Of a DNA stretch of 64,000 bases, positions 35,080 to 45,000 are shown in pieces (position 1 is the stretch's first letter; each line of letters begins with the position of its first letter). Position numbers and translations under genes: made by a program. Below the pieces are notes generated by a model. That model saw only the letters and a list, made by a program, of their open reading frames with translations. It searched no databases and was not told the DNA's origin. The stretch lies in the NCBI GenBank assembly GCA_946965045.2, contig OX337241.1, forward strand, positions 310,001 to 374,000, written 5' to 3'. This DNA comes from Epithemia pelagica (taxonomy: Eukaryota; Protista; Bacillariophyta).

Positions 35080-36142
35080 ATGACACGCTCCGGTAGGAAC
35101 TCCCTTGGTGAAGGTCCCTTACTCTCTTGGGATTCCAGGACAGCAGACGCTGAGTACCTGGAAGACTTGGTAAAAAATCGTGCCTTTGCAGCAAGCGCTG
35201 CACCAAAGCAAGTGTGGTCTGATCATCCACAGTTCATGAAGTACAAGCTTGAATCATTTCGTACTGCATTGAATAAACTCAAAAAAAATATGGATACCAT
35301 TTGAGAGATGGCCCAAAGGAACAGGACAGTAAGGTGACCAGCAAGGAAAAGAGTTTCAATCCATTGGAAGATGTTGAGGATGATGCAGACGACGACCTTC
35401 CCCCTGGTTCTGGTTTGTTTGGGAAGAAGAAGGCACCAGGTGCACCAGGTAAGTCATGGTACATGATCAAAATTGGCGACTTCTTGGTACCTACCTAATG
35501 TTCTCTCATCTATTGCTCTTTCTCTCTTTCTCTACAGATAAGATTAAGAGTATAGCTATGAATTTGTTACAAGGAAAAGAGAAAAAAAGGTCTGGAGTTG
35601 CCGTTCCAGTTGGTGGTGCTGACCTTGGAGCATTGGAAAACAAGAGAAAGAAGTCAGAAAAGAAGGATATGATGAAAGAATGGACGCCCCCTCATGTGCT
35701 GACCCAGTGGGTGGATCAGAACAAACAAAAGCATGTGGTTGTAGTGATCAACCTGCCCACTGGGGTTGCGCACAGAGATACAACAAATTGCGACATTGAG
35801 GTTGGTGAGTCACAGAAGGAACTGATTGTGAAGATCATTTGGCCTACCAATAGCACAGATGTGGGAGAACTGTTGAAGCAGTTCTCCCAGGAGTGGATGG
35901 AGAAGGATGAAAACATTCGTAAGAAATTGGCTCTAGAAGATGCATTCAATCAATTGAAAGAAAAACAGACTGATTATGTGAGATCCAAGTTTGTCCTCTC
36001 TTTGCCTTTTGCAGTACAGTCAAAGTTTGACTACGAGTTTTTGTTTGACACTATCAATGGATTTCGTGCACTGATGGTATTCCTAGACGAACCGGATGCA
36101 AAATTCGAGGGTGGAATGCGCCACAAAATGGTGGCCCTTTAG
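35080..36142 (+). CDS. Transposon partner protein (putative DNA-binding), intron 35449-35537, one frameshift
   Basis: ATG 35080. +1 A in the A8 run at 35281-35288 restores KKKYGYHLRDG. A phase-1 intron GTAAGT...TACAG joins to DKIKSIAM. Lies inside the TIRs. Confidence 0.75.
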
Positions 36143-36536
36143 ATAGCTGTAAAGTGTTCTTGTGTCGCGGTTGCAAAAACCGGGTGGTGGTGGGGACCGA
36201 TTACACTATATTTTAAGTTACCTATTATTCTGTTGATCGTATTACTAACCTAGCAATAGCTAACATAGTCGGTCTGCCTTTCTATGATGAAGTGGGGCTG
36301 ATATTATCAGGTTTACCCCACTCTCCCGCAATATTCGTGACAAACACACGACGTGCGACCATATCGGGACGACTGCGACATTATATACTGCCCGCAATAA
36401 GATGGCATCACGTCCCTATATGGTTATCTTAGCATGGTTCTTTTCGCAAGCCAAAAAGGTCCAGAATGTTTGAGAACATTTACTTAGTATAGTATGATAG
36501 ACCCCTTCCAACAACAACAACAATACACAAGAAAAG

Positions 36537-37041
36537 TTAGAGGGCATTGACAACCGTTAGCCAAATCAATAGTGTCTTGGCGGTAAAGCTCAATGCAATG
36601 AATTGCTTTTCCCCCACTACATAGTCCTAGTAGATTCCAATCTTGTTCCATTGCAAATAAAATGTGGCCGCAAAGGATGTATCGAGGAGGAACTGCAAAA
36701 TGATCAAGGCCCAAACGGCCGATGCTTCACCCCCACGACTGTTGTAGACGGCAAAGTAATTGAAAATCATGGCCCAATTGGTCAAGTGTCCAATCCAGCC
36801 CGTGAAGAAGGGCCTCCAGTTCTGGGCACGATTCTCCGATCGGGCCTTGGCATTGACCGCCTCATGAGTCGCGGCGCACTGATGGATCGAAATGGCCATG
36901 ATAACAAACAAACAAGGCAATGAGCAAGTGGACATTGGTAATACCAACTTGTTGACGAGCAATGAGGACCTTCGATAGGGCTGATCAAGATTGGTACAAT
37001 CAAACGAGGCTGTTTCCATACAGACGGTGATATTTCACATT
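36537..37041 (-). pseudogene. Heliorhodopsin-like gene remnant (helices C-G)
   Basis: Reconstructed KVLIARQQVGITNVHLLIALFVIMAISIHQCAATHE...WRPFFTGWIGHLTNWAMIFNYF...VWALIILQFLLDTSFAATFYLQWNKIGIY*DYVVGEKQFIALSFTAKTLLIWLTVVNAL*. SxxxK Lys codon at 36578-36576, TAG at 36629-36627, extra 4-mer at 36903-36914. Confidence 0.8.
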
Positions 37042-37398
37042 CGACTCCGCTCGTTCCACAGGCGCCAGAAGTCGTCGTCCGCATCCGTCGCGTCATTGTC
37101 TATAAAATCGATTATGGTGCCGATCTACCTAGATGCAGTGTTAGGTTCTTGAATCCACATAGAGAGGACACTCCTAGAACATAGAAAATCCCATGAGATA
37201 GAAAAGATAGCTATACCATAGCAATAGCTATTTGGAGTACTATGGTAGCTACTCCATATTACTCCTAATCTATTTTTACTCCTAGTTTTTAGCGACGTTT
37301 TTTGTGGTTGAGTTTTGGAGGGGACAATGGACGGATCTTCCCGCCGTGTCACCAACACACACTCTAGAAGAAATCAACACAACAAGAAAACTGAAGCA

Positions 37399-37431
<33 letters not shown>

Positions 37432-37570
37432 CTCTTTCTGGACTACTGAACCGAACCACTACAGTGCCTCCACAACGAAGCAAACAACCACACTAAGAAC
37501 CAAACGAAACAAGAGATAACAACATCCGAACCATCATCACGACACGTTGTGTCCACCACACACAATAAGG

Positions 37571-39478
37571 ATGAAGGACGATCCAAACCACAACCAGAAT
37601 AACAACAAGACTGTGGAAGTCATTGTTGTGGACGACGACAGTGATAATGGCAGTGACGATGACGACGAGACTCTAACCTCTTCCATCGTGGAGAGAGCGC
37701 TGGAGGAAGTCCAACAAGTCTTTGCGTCGAACCGCAACAAGACGACACGTGTGACTCCTCCTCCTCCTTTGCACGGTGCTGCAGAGACAAAGACGACGAC
37801 AAGGAACCATGCTCACAATCTTGCTCCAGTCTCCGTGTCGTCGTCGTCAGGGAATGACACGAAAGCTGTGAATCCTCCCCTAAACAACCACAAGAAGAAG
37901 ATTACAGGCCTTAGTTCTCCCCCTCCGCTCCAAGGACGACCATGCGTTTTACAAAAAGAAAAACCACCACCAGGGAGCAGGAGTGAATTGGTCACTGGGA
38001 AAGGAGGAGCACGACTCGACGACCCGCCCGTGTCGTCGTCGTCTCGGTTCCAGGAACCAACCGTGCCAGTTCCAACGAATACTTTGGTTCGTAATAGTAG
38101 TCCTGGTACAACCAACAACCCTCCAAGGACGACGACTGCGCTCGCAGCACTCGTAACACCCGAACCAGCCGTTCCACCCACAAACCAACAGCGACCCTTG
38201 TTGGTGTTGACACGAGTTCCTCCCCATCGAGCGACGGAAACAGCTCGGTACCGGCCCACCCATCCTCCTGCGCTCATCTCCAAGCATCCGACAAGCGAAC
38301 CCAGGACCCGAACAACGTCCCCTCCCTCCAAACGAATGCGATTGTCGATATCGTCATCATCATCATCGTCGTCGTCATCGTCATCGTCATCATCATCATC
38401 ATCACTTTCCGGCTCCGCATCCGTACCACCACGTCGACAGGACGACTACGGTAAGAACAAGAACAAGAAGAACCACAACCACCACAACAACAAGGGAGAT
38501 ACCAAACCAGATTCCTCAATCGACCGGCCTCCTTCTCCTCTGGAACAACACCTGCAAGACGATGGTGCATCGTCCTTTGGCCAAAATGAGGAGGATGAGG
38601 ACAGGTTCCAACCCACGACATTGTTTCCCAATACTACGAATACAAGAACCACCACCACCAATCATAATGTTGCAACACGGAGGATTAAGAACGAGACAAG
38701 AAGAAGAAACAGCCACGGTCCCTCCCCATTGCCCGTGGTGTCGCCATCTATTAGTGTTTCACGACGACAACAACAACAACCACGACGTTCCTCCTCTTCC
38801 CCGCTCCAAAAGATGGTGGAAGAGTATTTCCATTTTTCCGACATGGCCTATCTGGTACTGGGCGCTCCCTCTCTGGTCCAGCACTCCTATCAATTGAATG
38901 TGGTGGCGACATGTCGTCCTGGGACCTATCATCGGACCGTGGTCCAAGTCCAGGACGACACGCAACAAATTTCCATCTTGTGTTTTTGTCTTGTCCATGC
39001 CCCCCAAAATCGCTGCACGGCTGTGGCGGAATTATTGATGCGCGTCAATGCCTCTTTGGATCCCTGTCAAGCTCATGTCGACTTTAACAATGGTGAAATT
39101 TGTACCCGATCCACCCTTCAAGTACGCGACACCTTGTCGTGGAGCAAGGATCCCAAGACCAAGGTGGTTCTCCTCCTCTATCTCCAGCAATTGGATTCCT
39201 TGATGCAGACCACCACCAAGGCCATGAATGACTTGGTTCCCTACTTGATTCCCATTCTGTTTGGTGGAGCAGATTCCTCCATGGATGATGGTGGTGGTTC
39301 GTTCCTGCGAGAGACCGTCGTCACTCTGCGACAAATGGCGAAACGGTTTCAAGAAGGACTGCCTCCGGACCAAGACCTTGGCACAACAACAACAACGACG
39401 ACGACGACGAACCCCATTCCCTGTGAAATTCAAATGCCACGCAATCAGAAAGTGGAGGAATATGATATCGAGGTATAG
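37571..39478 (+). CDS. Disordered protein with C-terminal YbjN-like domain
   Basis: C-terminal ~190 aa is globular; VQVQDDTQQISILC...AVAELLMRVNASLDPCQAHVDFNNGEICTRSTL fits the YbjN pattern. ATG 37571. Confidence 0.7.
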   Translation: MKDDPNHNQNNNKTVEVIVVDDDSDNGSDDDDETLTSSIVERALEEVQQVFASNRNKTTRVTPPPPLHGAAETKTTTRNHAHNLAPVSVSSSSGNDTKAVNPPLNNHKKKITGLSSPPPLQGRPCVLQKEKPPPGSRSELVTGKGGARLDDPPVSSSSRFQEPTVPVPTNTLVRNSSPGTTNNPPRTTTALAALVTPEPAVPPTNQQRPLLVLTRVPPHRATETARYRPTHPPALISKHPTSEPRTRTTSPPSKRMRLSISSSSSSSSSSSSSSSSSSLSGSASVPPRRQDDYGKNKNKKNHNHHNNKGDTKPDSSIDRPPSPLEQHLQDDGASSFGQNEEDEDRFQPTTLFPNTTNTRTTTTNHNVATRRIKNETRRRNSHGPSPLPVVSPSISVSRRQQQQPRRSSSSPLQKMVEEYFHFSDMAYLVLGAPSLVQHSYQLNVVATCRPGTYHRTVVQVQDDTQQISILCFCLVHAPQNRCTAVAELLMRVNASLDPCQAHVDFNNGEICTRSTLQVRDTLSWSKDPKTKVVLLLYLQQLDSLMQTTTKAMNDLVPYLIPILFGGADSSMDDGGGSFLRETVVTLRQMAKRFQEGLPPDQDLGTTTTTTTTTNPIPCEIQMPRNQKVEEYDIEV

Positions 39479-39817
39479 TGCGTCTGGACATGGAAGCACC
39501 AACACGGCAGTTTATAGCGTGGTTCCCCACAAAATTGCTTTGTGGGTGGAGAATTACCCACAGCAGGTGGTATCAAGGGACAGCGCACACCAGTTTGGCC
39601 AATCAGCGTTCCTGTTATAGTTTTCTGTATTGTATAGTGCTTTGGACGAACATACATGAGCCTTTTTTTCAGGTTTCAGAGTCCTCGTGTCCTTTTTCTC
39701 CGACGATTTTACATTGGACCGGCGTTCGATTGATGCAATACTGGCCATTGTTGTAACCAATCAAGGTACAACAACTACTAGAACGTTACTCTGTCGATAC
39801 GACAAAGAATTGTATAC

Positions 39818-40988
39818 CTAATACGATCGCAGCAGCATGGGACGCCTCGTTCTCCCACTAAATATTACGTTACGTTATGACATATAGCCCCCAATGATAT
39901 CAGCGGATATACAGGAGCTCAAATGCTCGATCGATGGGCGGAAACGTGTCCACCGTATATTATAGAAAGCTCAAAGACAAAACGAACGAAACATTTCCCC
40001 CAAAAATTTCACTTCATGTGCTATGCGGCGGAGCATCGCGTGGAGTAGCATCGCTTGGACAAGGAATCAAGTCATTCTAGTTGGCAAAAGCTCACAATAG
40101 AAGACAGTTGTCCAAAGCAACTCGTGTTGTCTTCAGCCTACTCCTACAACGCACAGCCAACTTCTGGCACAAATAGCTTGCGCACCTCGGTTGCCTCAAG
40201 TTGCCTCCTCATTGAGTTGGCCCACACTTTTCCGGTCGTTTCATTCGGTTGTTGCTTCAACGGCTGACAAGCCAGATTGGACAATGTCATTTTCCTCCCC
40301 ATGCGACTCGAGAAAGTTTCCCTTGTCAACTGGAGACAATAAGGTGTATCTCAGCACCCTTATCGACGACGAGAAGGTTGTCGAACACGTTTTGAGCCTT
40401 GCCAAGAACGAATATGACCCCCCTCTTGTCTTTGGATGGAATGACGCTGGCTTGCAGGAATTTTGGGGCAAGGCCGCTGCTTATGGTGCTACTATGGGCG
40501 CCCTGCTGCCTCCAAATTCCATAAATGGGGGCGTTGCGATTCCTGCCCATGGCGGGATGGTTGCCGTGGGCAAAGACCTTGACAATCTCAAGATTTGGAT
40601 TCTCGATTTCGTCCGCCTACAGGAGAACCCTCCTCCTGCGGTCTGTGGAGTCACGACAGGGTTGGCCTGTTCGCAACAACAGTTCGGCTTAATGTGTGTT
40701 CGTCTTGCGCAGATGATTATCCATCCATGGTTTGCGGCTGTCATAGGCCATGGCCCGCCGATCACTCAACCTTTGGTGAGTATTTGGCTTCCTCGTCCGC
40801 GTGTTGCCAGTGGACAATGCGATCAAATTCCTATGGGAACCGCATTGATTCACTAAGTTCAAGTAAATGGGATCTAATACGATCACAGCAGGATGGGATG
40901 CCTCCTTCTAATTAAACATTATAACATATATTTTACTCGCAATGGCGGATAGGCGGAAAATGTTCACCGTATATAAAGCTCCAAGACA
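39818..40988. repeat. Degenerate direct repeats (39818-39979 and 40874-40988) flanking an orphan ORF
   Basis: CTAATACGATC(G/A)CAGCAG(C/G)ATGGGA(C/T)GCCTC and GGCGGAAA..GT.CACCGTATAT...AAAGCTC.AAGACA are shared by both. Confidence 0.8.
40284..40856 (+). CDS. Orphan 190-aa protein, copy 1
   Basis: ATG-started ORF with the same length and about 90% aa identity (by eye) to 52857-52285. No family recognised. Confidence 0.65.
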   Translation: MSFSSPCDSRKFPLSTGDNKVYLSTLIDDEKVVEHVLSLAKNEYDPPLVFGWNDAGLQEFWGKAAAYGATMGALLPPNSINGGVAIPAHGGMVAVGKDLDNLKIWILDFVRLQENPPPAVCGVTTGLACSQQQFGLMCVRLAQMIIHPWFAAVIGHGPPITQPLVSIWLPRPRVASGQCDQIPMGTALIH

Positions 40989-41288
40989 CCGCGAGTTGCG
41001 CCACATACAGCAGGGACATGCGAAAGGAAACCGATTACGACTCTTGCCTTGGTCTGTTGCTCTGTCGAAAAGAAGAAAACAAGTCGACCAAAAACCAAAT
41101 GGCAGTTGTCGGCAGATTTATGAATTATGAAAATAGACACAAAAAAGGTGTCATGAATTGAAGCAAATGGGGAAACAATGGAAAGAGGAAGACGAGCTTG
41201 TAGATAGAATGTTCGAACAAGGCTCTCGGTTCCCTCGGGGCACCAAGAAAGGAGAATGATGAATTGTGTATGCTCTTTGAGCAATTAT

Positions 41289-42040
41289 TATGAAAGTATG
41301 AACGTTGTAATCTTGACCAGACTTGTCGCTGGTTGTTCGTTTGGACAGTGAGCAATAATTAGGAAAGTATAAACGTTGTGCGCGCAGCGTGCGCAACAAG
41401 TTGGATAGGTGGGAAAGATGATGTCTTTTCCCTACGTGGTGTTGGACAACCATGTTTGGGTGGTGTTGGTTATGAAAGTATGAACGTTGTAATCTGGATC
41501 AGACAGAACTTGTCGTTGGCTGTGAGTTTGGACAGTGAGAGAGATTATGAATGTATGAACGTTGTATTACACGCAGCGTGCGCAACATGTTGGACAGAGG
41601 TGGGAAAGATGATGTCTTTCTTTCCCTACGTGGTGTTGGACAACCATGTTGGGGTGGTGTTGGTTCTACCCAAAATCTCGACCAGACTTGTCGCTGGTTG
41701 TTCGTTTGGACAGTGAGCAATAATTAGGAAAGTATAAACGTTGTGCGCGCAGCGTGCGCAACAAGTTGGATAGGTGGGAAAGATGATGTCTTTTCCCTAC
41801 GTGGTGTTGGACAACCATGTTTGGGTGGTGTTGGTTATGAAAGTATGAACGTTGTAATCTGGATCAGACAGAACTTGTCGTTGGCTGTGAGTTTGGACAG
41901 TGAGAGAGATTATGAATGTATGAACGTTGTATTACACGCAGCGTGCGCAACATGTTGGACAGAGGTGGGAAAGATGATGTCTTTCTTTCCCTACGTGGTG
42001 TTGGACAACCATGTTGGGGTGGTGTTGGTTCTACCCAAAA
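41289..42040. repeat. Higher-order tandem repeat: 2 x 365 bp, each made of two ~180-bp subunits
   Basis: 41315 and 41680 start near-identical 365-bp copies; GGTGGGAAAGATGATGTCTTT...CCCTACGTGGTGTTGGACAACCATGTT occurs four times. Confidence 0.93.
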
Positions 42041-45000
42041 GGGCCATGGGATTGGCTCGCAACAGCATAAACGTCATGGATGTCGTGTTGTTGTTCTTGG
42101 AGGATTGTGCTATTTGCAAACAGGGAACCAAGCCCGTGACTGGATCGGCCAGTTCCAAACTTTCCGGAAAGGATTGGACCAGTCTGTGAATAACCACCCA
42201 AAGTGCGACACACTCTTGTTGTTGGTCGTCACCGTCGTTGGTTTGCAGTGTGAATGCCTCGTCGTCGGGTCCAGGATGAAACGATGGAAGACTATCCAGG
42301 AGACAATGCAAGGGCAGTCGTCCTTGTCCATCGCGAACACGACTGGCATCGGGATACAATCGAAGCAAGGTTTGAATCCATTGGACCCAAATCTCATTGT
42401 TGGGTTCCATCCTGGCGGTAGTAGTAGTTGTTGCGTAGCCGTCCCTGGCGCCACGATCAAGTGGAGGAGGAGAAATCGAAGCAAGAATTGTCACGGCATG
42501 ATGCAAGGGCAATTGGCCATACGCGTCGCGCAACCGAACTTGCTCTGGAAATTTCCACAACAGATAGTCCATGAGAAACCATGGAAGGGTGGTGCTGGTG
42601 CTGTCATTGGTTGGATTGTTTCGAGTAGTACTAGCATTTCTCTGGTCATTGTCCGAACCGAAGCACAGAGATTGGTGAATCCAGGTGGGCGTGCAAAGTT
42701 GGGAAACGGTATGTAGAATAGTACTCGTGTCATTCAAGGTGGTCGACAGCAGCGCTTGGGGAGTCCTTGTTGTTGTTTGGTGGGTCCTTTCATGCCACAA
42801 ACGTGTTGCATTCAAGAGGAGTACCATGCGTGGAAACACTTGACATTCCATGTGATAGGAATGATCATTGGACTCTTGCATTTTTTGCACTGCCTGACAC
42901 CACAGGGATTCCGACAAGGACATTTTGGTGGAAGAAAACAGGGACGACGGGAATAACGACGACGACGACAACGACTCGTCAGTGTCTTCAATCGCCATGG
43001 ACTCCCTATCATTATTATTATTTTGGTTCATGCCTTCTCCAGTTTCTTGTTCGAAAGCAAAGAATCGTTGTGCTTCCGCCCGTAATCGACGTGTCGTGGG
43101 GGATAATTCCGATTCTCCACTCAGAGAGCCTCCAGGACGAGTTGTTGTGGTTGTCCTTGTTCCGCCCCATGGTGGTGGAAAAAGAGGATACAATCCAGAA
43201 GGACCGTCGCCACCCCCTGTGGTGGTGGTGGGGATTGTTGATGTAGGAACGTACGCATTGCTGAATGGTGGGGAATGATACTGACGACAATACCCATTCG
43301 TACGTTCCACGTAGCTGTGGCAGACCAACTCCAAGGCTGTTTGTCCGGCAAGATTGGATCCACCCAAAACAACCAGCCCCGTTGGAAGAGTGGACCGCAG
43401 TGACAATGGAGGAGGAGAACCATGGGTGCCAAAGAACCCTGACGAGTGGTTGTCCTCCTCGAAAGAAAAGGCCAACAAGGTTTGTTCCACCACAATTTGA
43501 AAGAGGGACAAGGGCAAGGCCGGTAAACAACATGCCACATGAAGTGGCAAGTCTCCCTGATAATTGGCCTGTCGATACAAGGACTGCTGCTGCATGCCAA
43601 AAGGAGCTTGTAACATGGATTTCAAAAACCTCAACGGTGCCGACAAGGGTTCCATCATGCCTCCTGATAACGAATTCTTGTCGTGTTTATTGTTGGAATG
43701 CGTCGTCGAAGTCGTCTTTTGCTTGCCATGGTTGCTCCCATTCCCACGACGACTGGCACCAATAGCGCTAGCACCACCCAATCGTCGAAGAGCAATGTGC
43801 AAGGTATTGCATCCCGTCGTCACGGCGGTATCCCACCACGAACAATTGTTGGTAGTGGTAACCGCTTCCAAGTGATGTAGTGTTTGGATGCACTCCCATA
43901 AGAGACGATCCACCAAAGAGGAAGAAATGGATTGCCTATTCTCCTGTAGCAATGTTCTTGTCATGGTATCTTCTTCTTCTTCCTCCTCCACACACGACGA
44001 GAACATGGCTGGATCCATACGGGACAGGAACCGGATCCAGGGACGGTCCATACAAGGAGTGTGGTGGTCGTCGTCTTTGGGATCATTCTGGTTTGTGGAA
44101 CACTCCGAGAACGACCCCTCACCATCATAATGGTTGTGAAGGTGCATTCCCCTCTTGCGGCTACTGTTGCTCCTTTGTGGGCGCGGGTGTGCGTATTGTT
44201 GCGTTTGTTGAAGTTGTTGCAACAAGTCGGACAAGATGGATAGTCTAATAGTAGAGGATAATGCCCCCTCGTGCTGGTATGGACTGGAGAATGGGTGGAA
44301 CCAGAGGACTTGCTCCTGAAGCACGGTCCACCCCCGAGCGACCATGGCCTCGACTGTGATTGTTTTGGAATCCTCAAGACGGTTCGCAAAAATCCTACGG
44401 GACGTCCCCGAATCCTGTCGACTGGTACTTGGAGTACTTTTTCTCCTACTCGTAGGAGCGGGTGGTGGTTTCTTGTCGGGTGTAATAATAATGACCCCGG
44501 AGGATGCTTGGTAGGGAGGAGGACTCTGTGTGTGACGGTGCTGCTGTTTCTTGCGGAAGGGTGTGATATCTGGTCGAGCAGGAGGAAGAGGAGAATGGTA
44601 GTACTCGGAGACAGGGTGATGATAATGATGAGGAGGATTGTGCCGGGGCGACCCAGAAGAAGAAGAAGAAGAAGAAGAAGAAGAAGAAGAAGAAGAAGAA
44701 GAAGAAGAAGAAGAAGAAGAAGAAGAAGAAGAAGAAGAAGAAGAAGAAGAAGAAGAAGAAGAAGAAGAAGAAGAAGAAGAAGAAGAAGAAGAAGAAGAAG
44801 AACGAAACGAATGGGAAACCGTTTGTGGTGATGGTGGTGGTAGCACATTCAGGTCTTGCATGGTCACATTGTCGTCGTCTCGTGCTTGTGCGAGGTTCAG
44901 CAGCAGAGGATTGGGCTGCGAGAGTTGTCTGGTTGTTGTTGTTGTTGTTCTTGTTCTTGTGGTTGGGAGAATGCGTCTCCGCACTGGTGGTCGTGCGTGG

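Larger units (their letters stand above)
33239..36321. mobile_element. PIF/Harbinger-superfamily DNA transposon, two divergent genes, ~3.08 kb
   Basis: TIR GTGGGGTAAACCTGATA(T/A)TATC at 33239-33260 and 36300-36321 (1 mismatch). Subterminal inverted repeat at 33362-33381 / 36175-36194. Encodes a DDE transposase and a partner gene. TSD not resolved. Confidence 0.88.

Noticed and set aside
36627-36629. Programmed TAG readthrough in the heliorhodopsin-like gene
   Set aside because: Additional frameshifts, stops and the missing 5' half favour pseudogenisation.
41289-42040. CRISPR-like array
   Set aside because: Sequences between repeats are themselves repeated, there are no cas genes, and the context is eukaryotic. 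The same applies to 1566-1822 and 3238-3800.
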